Origin: Lingula anatina | Lineage: Eukaryota; Animalia; Brachiopoda | NCBI GenBank assembly: GCA_051362555.1 | Contig: CM120641.1 | Span: 33,176,401 to 33,240,400 of the forward strand | Direction: 5' to 3' | DNA: 64,000 nt | Part shown: piece after piece, positions 34,960-48,500 of the stretch | Numbering within the stretch: position 1 is the first letter of the stretch | Layout of the letters: the number at the start of each line of letters is the position of its first letter | Notes under the pieces: model-generated | The model's input: only the letters and a program-made list of their open reading frames with translations | What the model was told of the DNA's origin: nothing | Database searches by the model: none | Made by a program: the position numbers and the translations under genes

Positions 34960-36450
34960 AAAAATAGGAGACTACCAATTCTGATGCAATAATACATTAT
35001 GTTTTCCTGCACAGTCAACATCAAATTTTAATTATGCACAACAGGTAACAACGACGAAAGTAAAAGCATAAAGCTTCAGGCCCATCAGAGTTCAAGTTTA
35101 TACTTAGAAAGTGCCAGAATGAGAAAAATGAAAATTTCACACAAAATTGCATAAATTCAATAATAAATGATAACCCAATTGACCTGGCTTTCTAATTTGA
35201 ACTGCATGCCAATCCTAAAAATCATACTTGTAAGTTAAAAATAATAATAAGTTTTCTTTTCATAATGTTTGCAGTAGCAAAGCAAAAATATTGTTGTCAA
35301 TTTTGATGTAACATTACATAATAAATTATAGAATAATTATCACCAATCTTTGATTATTGACAATAAATAGCATGGACAAGTAGAAAATTTGATTACCATT
35401 CGGCTTCATGTCCATGGGAGCTCCAAGTCCCACAATGAATATGCCAAAAAGATAATGAATATTTCACTCAAATGTATAACTTCCAGAAAAAGAAGCCAAT
35501 TAGACTGCTTTTCCAACTCATTCTGCATTTTAGTCCTGTGTTTCTTTTTTAAAAGTTTGACAGTCATAACACGGTTTTCCCATAATGCTTATCATAGCAG
35601 CAGCACCAAAAATTGTGTTTTCTTCTATTTTGATGCAATATTACATAATGCTTAACAGCATAATGACCATCAATTTTTAATAATAGAATATTAGTAACAT
35701 GGACATTCAGAAAACGTGACTAGCAAAGGTCTTCATTATCATGGAACTTCAAAGTCACACCTTGAAAATGCCAATAAGTGAAAAATTAAATTTTCACAAA
35801 AAACTGTTTAACTGCCAGAAAAAATAACCAAACAGACTGCATTGCCAACTGAAGCTGTATTTTAGACCCATGTTTCTTTCCTGTAAGTTTGAGAACGGTA
35901 ATTGACATGATTTTTGTTAAATGGTCATTATGAGAGCAGTGCCCAAAATAGGGGTTTCTTCAAATTTTGATGCAATATTACATGTTTAACAGCATAATGA
36001 CCATCAATTTTTAATAATGGAATATTAGGCACATGAACATTCAGACAACGTGACTAGCAAAGGTCTGCAGGCTCATGGAACTTCAAAGTCACACCTTGAA
36101 AATGCCAATATGTGAAAAATTAAATTTTCACAAAAAAACTGTTTAACTGCCAGAAAAAATTACCAAACAGACTGCATTGCCTACTGAAGCTGTATTTTAG
36201 CCCTATGTTTCTTTCCTGTAAGTTTGAAAACAGTAAGTGACATGGTTTTTCTTAAATGGTCATCATGGGAGCAGTGCCCAAAATAGGGGTTTCTTCAAAT
36301 TTTGATGCAATATTACATAATGTTTAACAGCATAATGACTATCAATTTTTAATAATAAAATATTAGTATCATGGATATTCAGAAAATGTGATTAGCAAAG
36401 GTCTGCAGGCTCATGAAACTTCAAAGTCACATCTTAAAAATGCCAAAATG
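34960..36450. repeat. Tandem satellite-like array, about 322-337 bp unit, about 4.5 copies
   Basis: The anchor tgatgcaatattacat...aacagcataatgaccatcaatttttaat recurs at 34982, 35304, 35631, 35968 and 36303. The last three units are the most similar. A partial monomer also lies at about 33883. Confidence 0.9.
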
Positions 36451-36844
36451 TAAACAAGACAGCACTGTTCTGAAATGGGTTTATTTCCATTTTTAACATT
36501 TTTTTTAACATAAAACAAAATAAACAGTTTGTTGCCATTTTTATATGACCAACTAAGAAAATTGATGAGATGGGAAAAATATTAATAGAACAGTGTTTAA
36601 TGTCCAATTTCCTCCATTCTGAGATTCTGAACATAGTGGATGATTGAATCTGACAAACTGCAATGATGAGTTTATTACCATTTTTGACACTTTATTACAC
36701 AATACACGATAACAAGTTTACCATCATTTTTACACAATCAATTAACAATGTTGTAAAGATGCAGGAAATATCAAACAAACACTTTTACGTATCTTATTAG
36801 TTAAATAATGAGACTGTTAACATGCCTGATAATTGATTCTGAGG

Positions 36845-37393
36845 AAATGTGAAAAAACAGCATAACTTCTAAAATAAAGGCCCGATCATGCTGATTTTCG
36901 AACTTGACCTGCGTATTATGAATATCCATCAGTTCTGTTAGTTTCAAGCCAAAAGGTAAAATGTTATTTCACTTATCGTGTTATCGGTGTTGCATATATG
37001 CTGAGAAAAGTGAAAAAACAGCGTAACTTCCCTAAAAATGACCCGATCATGCTGATTTTCGAACTTGACCTACGGATTATGAATATTCATCAGTTTTGTA
37101 AATTTCAAGCCAAAAAGTAAAATGGTTTTCCACTTATCGTGTTATCGGTGCTGCATATATGCTGAAAAAAGTGAAAAAACAGCATAACTTCCCTAAAAAT
37201 GGCCCGATCATGCTGATTTTCGAACTTGACCTGCGTATTAGGAATATTCACCAGTTCTGTAAGTTTCAAGCCAAAAGCAAAAATGGTGTTCCACTTATCG
37301 TGTTATCGGTAAAAGTGCACGACGGCGACGACGGCGACGACAGACGCAGATGATGGCTATATGTACAGACACATCTGTGTCTGTACATAAAAA
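36845..37393. mobile_element. 161-bp tandem repeat (about 3 copies) ending in a GAC-rich microsatellite and perfect terminal hairpin; Helentron/HINE-like satellite carrier
   Basis: gtgaaaaaacagc starts at 36849, 37010 and 37171. It is followed by gacggcgacgacggcgacgacagacg and the 14-bp stem tatgtacagacaca-tc-tgtgtctgtacata (37360-37389), then an A-run. Confidence 0.8.
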
Positions 37394-39068
37394 CCTGTCA
37401 AAAGCAACAAATATTCTCTTGGATAAATGCAACTAGAATATGACATTTTAAAGACAATGTAAAATATTATCAGCTGTGTAATTGTATGGGTGGTTTAGGT
37501 GAAGATGTCACAGTGAAAGCATTTATTGGGATTTTCTTTACCTATATAATAATAATGTCACCCTTTTCACTTTCTGTTTCTGGGACAGTCAATAATGAAT
37601 GAAAAAAGTACAAAACTGTGAACAGCTTATGCATTACACAATGTTTCAATGACACTAAAAGGAGTTATCCACATCAGAAAACAAGCCCAAACAACACATT
37701 TCATTCTAAATATTAACTACTAACAGTTTCTAAATAAGTTGCCTCTACTATGCAGTACTCCTCTGCTGTCTAAATTCAATTGTTCTGGTTGTGTCAATTT
37801 CCACTGTGTGCAAACATTCCATGGTTTAACCACGTAGCCTACAGTACACACCAGTCTCCATGGAATGTGTAATGATTATATGGCATTATACCATTATACA
37901 ACACAACTACAATTACATCTGTTTATCACATAATTTTTTAAAAAATTAATATTTGGGCCTTAGTCTTGGTTTTCAAAAAAAAGTCCAATTCTTATTCTAA
38001 ATCTATACAGATTCAACTTATCATGTAATTTCTTACCCAATATCAAAAATAGGGTCCAACCAGACTAAAATGAAGACTTTAACCATGGGTGCTAAATCAT
38101 ACCTTCAAGTTTAATGGATCTTAAATGGTACATAACTAATTGGTAAATTTATCTAATAATCAAATGCGCAGCACCTCATAGAATATTTGTAAAACATTTT
38201 TACACTTAATTTAAAAAATTCAACTGAATAACTGAAAGTGTGCTACATGCACCCATCCCCGCCTTGTCTAGAAGATAATTTTTTTCAGCAAATGCCTTAG
38301 ATCACTTAAATTGGATAAAGGAAATGTAAGACATATTTGTCTCCACTATTCTGTTATTTACTTCAGGTGAAAATAATGGATATTTGCCTAAATGCTATTG
38401 TTATTTATGTAGAGTTCAAAGCCACAAGGGATCAAATATTGCCAAAAATATAAGTCACAACACTATTTTCACACATGAAGAATCCACATATCAATACAGG
38501 AAAGAAGCATATGTGAACAGCATTACAGAACAGAACTGACATCATGTGTGAGGAAAAAAATAAATCTAATACTGGAATTACCTAATGATTAAGCAAGATT
38601 GAAGAAGTTGCAGATCAGTGGTACCTTTCCCATTGTTGGATTGCTTCATTTAAAGTTATTAAGTTCAGTATTAGATTTATTTTTATTTCCCTTTTATGTG
38701 ATGTCGCTGTGCTGGATGAATCAGAACATGCTCTCTCTGACATGTGTATTCAGACCCTCTACAGCACAAAATTACTATATGGCACTGTGATTTACTCACT
38801 TTTACTTCTTATTTTGCAATAAACTTGCAGAAAGGATCTTACAAATGGTCCTGCTTACCTGTCATATCATTTAAATATATTCTACCATCACTTAAAACAT
38901 ATTGGGCTGATTTTAAGGGGAAAATGAACTGATTTTCAATTATCAAAACTTACACATTTTTCAAAAAAGTATCTTTAATTGAAGATATATCACGATGATC
39001 AGTCAAATTATCTTGTAAAATACTCCCCCCCCTTCCCTCCAACATTTTGCTTTTGAGCACCAAGATTA

Positions 39069-42000
39069 TCACATCCCAGCATCATCATCACCAGATGTCA
39101 GCAGCAGTTGCCTTCCAGCATAAGGGTTGTCTCGTCTTTTGTACCAGCAAAAGATGCCTACCCCTATCCCCACTATCAGCAGGAAAGCTAACGGACCAAC
39201 TACAGCTGCTATCACAGTGGAGTCTGAAAGAACAACAAATATCCACATGTTAACTTAAATGTGTGTGTGTGCGTGTGTGTGTGTGTGCGTGTGTGTGTGT
39301 GTATGTGTGTGTGTGTGCGTGTGTGTGTGTGAGAGAGAGAGAGTCAGAGTCAGTAAATTTAAAGTAAAGCAAAAATAAGGTTTCCCATGTGGCAACGACA
39401 CGGACAGACAGATCGATCAGAATATGTACAGATGCTTACTTACAGTGTCTGTCTATAAAAATTGAATTTGAATCATGGATATAGAGTAAAATAATAAATT
39501 GGTCTTTATCTTACTTATGCCAGGTTTTTCTGTTGCAGAGTTTGGTGCAATGTGTGGCTTTGTCACCCCACCAGGACTTGCTGTGGTAACTGTGCCTGAA
39601 AAAACATATATATTCAGTAATTTGTAATAAAATTCAATAAATGAAAAATAAATAATGAAGAGGTATTTATAATTGCGATCATCTATTTTGATTGCTTTTA
39701 TTCTCATGTAGTTTTAGTGACTGACAAAAATGTAATTTCTGACATGAAGCCAACAAGAGTTATACACAAAACACTGCTCAGGGTAAAACAATTAATACAC
39801 TTTGTTCAAATTTAATGAACAATTCTCATACTTACCAGGAAACTTAGTGGGTCCAATGACTGGAGGTCCCACACATTTCTGACCATCCCAATTCCAGTCC
39901 AAAATACATTCACACACTCCGTCTCTGCATTTCTCTCCATTTCCACAGCTATGTTGATCAATCCTACACTGCTGGCCAATCTTACCTTTTCCTAGAAATA
40001 CATATTCATAATGAGAGAGAAAAAAAAGGGAAAAACTACAGGGCTCATGGAAGTATACAGCAATAATGTTAATACAGAGCAAAAACAATCATGGTTAAGT
40101 TATTTACTAGTCTGACTTTAGGCTAGCATGTTAGTTTTCATAATGTTTAAATTGACTCATGACAATTTTTACGTAATACAATATATAACAAAGAGTCACT
40201 AAAAAAAAACAGTGATAATTCAAAATTAAAGAGTTAGTTGTAAAGCAGTAAATAATATTTATAACTCAATGAACAAAGAAACTTGTAATTTGATTAATGT
40301 GTCATCATAACTTACAATACCTAAGTATTTTTTCACATTATATGCTCGTTTGTAGTAAGTATAGTCCAGACTTATTGATAGATACAGACCCACGAAATAT
40401 GATTGACGTGTCATTTTAGTGACATATTTACTTTCGTTGGTTGTCAAAATGAGGTCTCCATTTGGATGGAAATGGCAGCATTGTAATGAGCAAGATACCA
40501 GGATATATATGGCATTGTACTAGGTAAAGTAGGGTTTTGCTGTGCATCAAGACAGGGAAATTGTTCAGAAAAGTTTTTGTTCATTGAATGATAAAGTTGT
40601 TACCCCATGTTTACTTGAGCAATAACAGTTTATATTGATCAGCAGTGAGCCTCCAAGGCTCTCTAAAAGAATAACTAGTTGGATTTTAAGATGGATTTCA
40701 CATCACATCACAGAAACACTGTATAAACTGTTAGTAATATGACAGTTACACTGTAAGGAATGCTGTGAACTTGAAATATTCAAATAAGTGAATGTATATA
40801 TATGCCATCATTCATGAATGCAAATTTGCTGACGATTGATGTAAAAAAGTCTTTGCATTCATAATAAAGCTAGTTAAATTTATCTAATCTGTATTCTCTC
40901 TCTTAGTTCCAAGCATTATATATAGTTAACATGTCCTGAAGCAGACATTTTATGGCATCGCTGTTATTGGCCATTAAAAACTGAAAAAGCCAGCCACCCC
41001 TGGCATGTTTTCTCAACTCTGACAAAGACGCCTCAGATGAATTGGTTATGTGGCTCACTGAAAGACAGACGGATTCCAAATGACCTATTATATGGAGGAT
41101 TAGCTTCTAGTACAAGACTTGTGGCTGGACCAGCCCTTCAGTTTAAGGACGTCATCAAAAGAAACATCAAGCCGTGTAACCACAACAAACTGGGAAATTG
41201 TGGCAGATGATAGACATTCACGGAGAAGTACTGTTCCGTCTGGTAGCAAACAGAATGCCGAGAAATGTGTTATAAACAGGGAAACCAAACACAAACATGC
41301 CATTGTCTCACGAAACAAAAAGACGACAAACATAAAAACTGAGAAACATGCAGAATCAACAGAGGTTAAAGAAAAGTAAGGATACTATACTGACATATAT
41401 GCAACATGTACATGGACACCCCATGCTACTATGCTATAAGAATAACAGCACAGCCTAAACAACACCAAACCTTCAGTTGTAGGAGGGATCTTTGAGTGAT
41501 GAGGTCCTTTTGTCGTTTCTCTGGGATTTGGTGTGGAGGAAGAAATGGCTTTATGATCTTTATCTGTTGCAGGCGATGGCAACCGACCTGATGTTGGTGC
41601 TGGTGCTGCTGTTGTTGTTGTGCTCTTCAAATTGTTTAAAATGCTCAGACAGCGGCTGCTGGTCATATGTGTGATAGGGGCGGGTGTAGTGGTTGCTGAT
41701 GGACATAGAGGCACTGGGATCTTAATCCCTGGAACTATATGCCTGGTGAGACCTTGAGGGAAGAATTCCCTACCAAGGGCAGTCAACCTTATCCTAAACG
41801 TCACCTAAAAGAATAAGAATAAATAAATATTTATATTTTTTTTTTTCCAAATCATTTCTCATCAGTTTTTTCCTATTTTGCTGGCTGACAAATGATAAAA
41901 AGGATTAAAATCATGTTTTAATTACTTTTAATAATCTCTTCAATGACATTGTGACATCAGTTCATTGGTTGAATTTGCCAGTGTAGCATTAAAAGCTATA

Positions 42001-42079
42001 TTTTGGATCTATATATTTTCCAATTTATCATATGATTTTGTATTGATAAGGTTACACACCCCACAAAGGACCCTCATGT

Positions 42080-42171
<92 letters not shown>

Positions 42172-45100
42172 GCACTGGTAGAAGTATCTACGTATCTATC
42201 TATCTATTTATTCTTTTTTATACTGGTATCACATTATAAAATTTTTAATCATGCTTGTACATGAGGAAAAATGTAAAAAGGCATCTCAGCAGAATCCCTA
42301 TTGAAAACAAAACAATAACTTCAGCAACAATGGAGGAAAATACAATTTAGATTTATTGTTTGACTTTGTCTCAAAGGTTATATATCAACTACCTATATAA
42401 ATACTTACTGATAAGTTGACCATATTTTCCTTTGGCACTCTCTCTATGTTGACTACGAGAATTCCTTGAATACCGCCAAGGCTGTTGTTGAAATGCAATC
42501 CTGAAAATGATCCAAAACAAATACAAGTGCTTATAATTGCTATAAAATTTTAATACAAAATCAGTGATATCTCAAAGAAAGCTTAAAAAATGGATAAAAA
42601 TCTTATGGATCTATTCACACAGTGACTTACACCTTGACTTATATGGGTATACAGTATCTAAATTTTGAATGCCCACATTTTTTAATGTGCCCTTGTGCAA
42701 TATTCATCCTATGAAAAAAAAAAATTACAAAAGCAATCCACTGATGATATTTGTTAGTATATCATATTAATGGCCTAAATGCATTTTTTTTTTAACTCAG
42801 AGGTAGAAAACACTGTATTACCAGGAACTTGCACAGTTTCATTGGTGTGTACTCTCTGATCAAAGTGTACTCCATTGTGTGGCAGAACAATGTGGAGGTC
42901 CACTGCCGGGGGGTTCTCACAGTGCTTCATTTCCACCCCAAAACACAATGGAATGTTCCTGACAGGAATAAACCTGGCAAAGAGGCCCTACAAGGCAAAA
43001 AAGTGATGTCCAGAGAGCATGATGAGTTTGATGAAAAGGTAGGTTGGGTTAAATTATCACCATTTCATATAAGTACATTTTTATGCTTATATTTCTGCTG
43101 CAACATTCATCCATCTATAAGGTTCAACCGAACTTCATTTTTGTTTAATTTAAATTCAGTATGATGCTTTGTCTGGAAAGTAAGCAGGTTGAGTTTAAAA
43201 ATCAGTGCAAGATGTGATTTTTTTTTGACCAAAGCCTTTGCGCATTTTGCGGTATTTTATAATCCTGCTGGTTTAAAAATATCTCACTCAGTGTCTTTTC
43301 TTCCACAATCAACCCAATTTTGAGACAGTATGAATTTTCTTGTATATTTCAGTAAGTTTTAACCATTAATTTAATAACTTTCTTTGAAAAAATTAGCAGT
43401 TTTGATTGTAAAAGTGCATTAAGATGTTTGGATAACTTGAAAATTTACTTTTTTTAAGAAAATTATTAGACAAAGCTGCTTTATGGAATAACTTTATATT
43501 GGAAAGCAGATATGCCTATAAAAATAGTCAATTTGTTAAGAAAAAAATGCATCTCATAACAAGGGAAAGGAGAATTTAAGTAAAAATTTCAGCAATTTTT
43601 GCTTCTGAACACCAATGTATGTATATCATTTTAACTTAGTTTTTGAGGCATGGAGTTTCACCTCATCAGGTAAAAGTGCTCTTGTCGTGCTTTTGATGGC
43701 ACATCACCATAAACAAATTTTGAAAGTGCCTGTTAACATTCTATGGAATTCTGGGTCCATTTTCTTTTTCAGTTCAGTGTTTGTGTACTTGACAGCTTTG
43801 CTGTTCAGTTTTCATTTTAAATGATTCTAGTACACCAATATCGCCTTGTATGCTCAAATATTTTCCATATGGGGAGTTGACATCTTCTTCAATACACTGC
43901 ACATAGCAAATGTCACTTACATCGTATGTAAAGGAGCCTCCACAAACAAATCCATCACACTCTATTTCTTTCTTATGACAGCTCACTCTGAAAGTTTCCT
44001 CAGAATAAAGTTCTTGAGAAATGTTTTCCCAAACCTGACACTGCTTTTGTGTTGATGGTGTTGTAGTGGTTTGAGTGCCTTCAGCTGACAATAAAGCTGA
44101 AAGACATTTACAAAAAAAAAATTATATCTTAATATATTCAAGTACTGTGAGAACAAAAGACAATATATATTTTATAAAATTTCTTAATTCAGGATTTAAA
44201 AGCTGTGATTCAGGATGAATATTTTCGTTGTTGGACAGTGGCTTTAATCTTTGACATGATTTTTCAAACCACTCATTTGAGAAACTCAAGTAAATCATCA
44301 AATTATATTTATTCTCCTATTCTTGCTGGGCTGGAGCAAAATGTTTATTTTACTATAAAGATCTACATCATCAAATTGTATACAACATAGTACCGAATTA
44401 ATAGTAAGTAGTGTGTCAGTTATTAAGATTTTATCGATATGTAACTCTGATATATACTTCTGAAGACTGCATAGGTTCCAAGTCATACTTGAGCACAATA
44501 GATAACATACAGGGGCATAGCTATGGTTAAATTAAGGGTACTAATACTCTACTTTTTGTATTAATTCTTTAACAAGTGGTTAAACCAACATGCTAGTTGC
44601 CTGAGGCAGGCAGCCATGGATGGAAGAGTGGGGGGCGGGGGGGGGGGGGGGGGGGGGGGGGGGGCGGGCGCTATTTTCATATCAACAAATGACTGCCTAT
44701 ATGCTATCATATCTGGTAATATGCCTTTTTGAGGTATGCCACATTTACATTTATACAGCAAACCACTACTGAGCAGATGTAGAGAAAGTGTAATTTCTGG
44801 TCCAAAATGGGTCCCGCGAACATATCTGTATACCATTCTTTTAATCTCTAATTGAAAAAAAATTGCATGTGTACGCTCACTAAGGCAAATGACTAGGGAT
44901 CTCTGACTTTAAAAAAATAGATAAAAAATTATAATAATAAATAGATAAATAAAAAGGTGTATAACTTCAACCTTCGGGTTTCCATGTTTCAATAAAAGAT
45001 TATTATTATTATAATGATTATTATTATTATTAACAGGTAGCTACGCCACTGGCAGAATTGTAAAGCTACTTGGTAAAACAAATGTGAAAAGAATTAATGA

Positions 45101-45222
45101 ATATACATGCATTTGATCAACTTTTAGAAAAAAAAACTGAACAGTTCTATCTACATACCAAATATAATAATTAGTAACATGAAACAAACGCCGATGAAAT
45201 TATTCATGTTGCACAAGTTCAT
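39069..45222 (-). CDS. Uncharacterised single-pass type-I membrane glycoprotein, about 407 aa, 8 coding exons
   Basis: Exons (minus): 45222-45159 (signal peptide MNLCNMNNFIGVCFMLLIIIF), 44096-43921, 42987-42822, 42500-42409, 41804-41471, 39991-39836 (6-Cys EGF/EB-like module), 39595-39515, 39223-39069 (TM VIAAVVGPLAFLLIVGIGVGIFCWY, tail, TGA). All introns are GT-AG with compatible phases; total 1224 nt. Confidence 0.85.
39260..39345. repeat. Compound (TG)n(AG)n microsatellite
   Basis: Direct reading. Confidence 0.95.
41833..42079. mobile_element. Truncated copy of the subterminal region of the Tc1-like element at 50101-51761
   Basis: ttttccaaatcatttctcatcagttttttcctatttt...aaggattaaaatc...ccacaaaggaccctcatgt is collinear with about 50121-50397. 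Confidence 0.8.
42085..42169. repeat. Compound (CA)n(GA)n microsatellite
   Basis: Direct reading. Confidence 0.95.
44510..45051. mobile_element. Candidate MITE with CAG(G/T)GGC(A/G)TAGCTA terminal inverted repeats and an internal poly-G run
   Basis: The left end is caggggcatagcta and the right end is tagctacgccactg (12/14 complementary). No target duplication is recognisable. Confidence 0.5.
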
Positions 45223-45517
45223 GCTAACTTCCCATTTGTTGAATTTTGGTCCAACTGCATCCAATTGGTGTTTTATATTTGTTATCAATAGCTATAGACG
45301 AAGATTATTCTTCACCTACGATGACCCTAAACCACTTCCTTGTGAAGAGATACCCCGCAGCATACTATTGCATTTACTGTAATATTATTACTTATTTTCT
45401 ATTTGATATTTGTTATCCTTATGAGACACCAAAAATGATATATCTCCTGAATAAGTAGTATTTATTATATACAGGAGATATACAACTCAAACTTCACATT
45501 TCCTGTTTGGCTGCGGG
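45223..45517. promoter_or_regulatory. Probable bidirectional promoter between the membrane-protein gene and the TBC gene
   Basis: The predicted ATGs are divergent and 295 bp apart. CpGs reappear locally and several ETS-like ACTTCC/TTTCC cores are present. TSSs cannot be determined. Confidence 0.7.
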
Positions 45518-48500
45518 ATGAGAATTATGACGGACGGACTGACAAGGTAAATAAACGGAAATAAATTACTATTTGTTGCATATTTATTGTATTTATGCAT
45601 ATCAAGTTAAGATAAACTTAACATCCCTTATATAAGAACAGCCACTAACTATGTTATACCTGAAAATTTCTGGAGCATACCCCCCCCCCCCCCCCCCCCG
45701 CCTCCTACCTCGTACATGCATCAGCATCTCTTCTCTTTCTTTGTACATTGTCTCTTCTTGTTGATTATATTGGATTTATTTAGATGACATACTTCATTCT
45801 AGGTGCAAAATCATAACTGATTTATTGTCTAAGATAATGCAATACTCTGTATGTGATCAATTGTTAATACTATCATGAATGAGTAATGTTGGGGTTTATT
45901 TCAAGGGAAATGGTTGTAGAGTTTCAGTTAGAACAATGTTTACGGTTGGATAAATCTACTCTATTTTTTTATTCTACAGTTCTGCTTGCCATTTCTAGTT
46001 ATTTGTTAATTGATAGAATTCCCCAATATTTCCTTGTAAATTGCATATTTGAACAAAATAGTGTTAAAGGTAATTGATTTTTAAGTAACATGCCCTGGTA
46101 AACATCCAGCATACATTCTTGTTTTATTCTCAATGTATATTTTAATTAAAATTTGCTTTTATATTATTTAGGTCATGTAGCTTTGACTCATCCTTTGAGC
46201 AGGTAGAATTTCCACCTCGAGATCCAGTAAGCACTATAGCCAGCTCAAAACCTGAAGATGTTGTAATAGGAAGAAGTTCTAAGTGTTTGACTAGATGTAG
46301 GTTTGACTCACTGTTTGAAGAAGATGGAAGGTTGGTCAATGAACATAAGTTGAGGGAGCTAGTGTTTTCAGGTAAGAAGGTTTAGGCATATTCCAGACCA
46401 TCCAGTGGTAAGATTCATAAAGAATTAAGTACCCATTCCCATTAACACTATTGGTCTATATCATGCCATCTCTGCCAGAACTCTGTGTGCAGTCAGCTTT
46501 ATTGAATGACGCATCTCCTCTTGGCGTTGAGTAGAATAAATTTAAACTTAAGAAAAGTTGGTGATGATATGAGTACATTGGAGACAAGAGGAGGCTTGTC
46601 ATTGAGGTAAGTTGATTGCACTCAGCAATAGTCTTCGCAGAGTTGGATTGATGGTATGTAGATCGATGGTATCTATGGGGAAATGGGGTCTATGATTGTA
46701 CAGATCAGTTTTCTTTTTTTTTTCTTTCTATGGTTTGATATATCACATGTACATGTATGCATGGTAATATCTTAAATGAGACTCCTTGTAAACCATGTAG
46801 TTTAATTTTTCTAATTTTTCTTCAGATATATAGTCATGAAAATAACAAACAACAGCAAAAACAAAATCAGATTAATATATTTTTACCTTACCTTAGTCCA
46901 TTCAACGAGTAGTGTGAACAAAGGACTAACATTAACAATATCGATGGAGCAAAGCAGCATCTTATGAATTGATTGTAACTGCATTGAAAAATCACAGTGT
47001 AAAATTCCAAAAACATTATTCAGACTAGCCATCACCTTGGTTGCATGTGAAACCATCTCACTGATAACTTTATTAAATTTACCCAATCTGCGAAGTGTAA
47101 CACCTACACATCAAAAATCATCAACCATCTCTAATTTGTTGCCACCATAAATATGGTTGACCTCACTCTATTTTCATTTACTGAACACACAAATTTTTAT
47201 CTTATCCACATTCACTGTAAGCTGCCATTTATATATTCCTGTAAATAATGCAATAAAACTGGGAGATCCTCTTCTGATCGAGAGAAAAGAAATGTGTTGT
47301 CTACAAACAGAAGGTAGAAATTCACCATTACCGGTAATGAAATTAAGTCCACTTTTTGAATATTCTCTCTATTCTCCATATTATTTGCTAACATAAAAAA
47401 TATTTAGGGAAAAGTGGTTCACCCTGTTTTACCCTATCATCAATGTTTGGAAGTAATTGTACTGAAATTAACTTTGTTTCAGGAGGAATATCTCCTGACT
47501 TAAGAAGTGATGTATGGCCATTTCTATTTGGGTTATTTCCTTGTACCTCTACACCAAGGTGAGTCTGTTTAGGCCTTTGGTGCATGAAGAAAAAACAGCT
47601 GATCATGAGTGGTTGCTCATGTTTTTTTTCACTTTTCTGGGATGATTTTTTTCCTTTTCAAGTTTCTTCAAATAAGTACTAACTAATATTGATTACCAAT
47701 CCATGTTTTTAAATGACACTCAAAAGATTGCCCATGCATTTTGCAAAACTCTGAAAACTGTGTATCATATTGCTGAATTTGAGTATTTTTGTAGGGAAAG
47801 GCAAGTTTTAAAGGCAGAGTACAGAGTGAGATATATGGCATTGAAGGAAAGATGGAAAGAAGAACTGTCTCAGAGAGAAGGTGAATAACTGTTTTATTTA
47901 TTTATTAATTTATTTATTTATTAATTTAAATAGACCTGGTTGGCTTATTTTTGTAATCTGTAATATTTGTAGCAATAGTCCTTGTACAGTAATTAACTGA
48001 GTACTGGTATATGCAATAAAAACAAGCTACATGTTTACAATGCAGTGTGATTTATGATTGTTGAACTGTAATTTTCTTATCTTCTAATATGCAATTCTTT
48101 TACTGAACAGATTGTCAAGGTCTGTTAAATCCGACATATATCAGGTATCCTGACAACCATGATGATAACCAAAGAAGTAATATGCCAGATGATATAAAAC
48201 AGCAAGTAGAATTTATGAAAATTCAAGCCAAGGTGTGTAATTATTTTATTTAAAGTCGTGTTGTAATATTTCAAATATCTTAAATGAATGTGGAAAAGTA
48301 TTGTTTAATAGCAAAAGTTTCAGTCAATAAAATGCAAGGCATTGGCTGAAAAATAAAGTTTAAATATGCAAAGTCAACACATATCGTTGTTTTAAAGGCC
48401 TTATAGTCATACAGTATTGTTTTGATAGAATGAAAAAAGTTATGGGTCTTATATTGCTGGCATTTTTTTGTTGTTGTTGTTGTTTTGTTTACAGGTCTAT

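Noticed and set aside
34960-37393. Regular repeats resembling a CRISPR-like array
   Set aside because: Units are long head-to-tail repeats with no unique spacers, there are no cas genes, and the context is eukaryotic.
44630-44667. Long poly-G run as a functional G-quadruplex or polyproline ORF
   Set aside because: It lies inside a candidate MITE in an intron, and homopolymer length is assembly-error prone.
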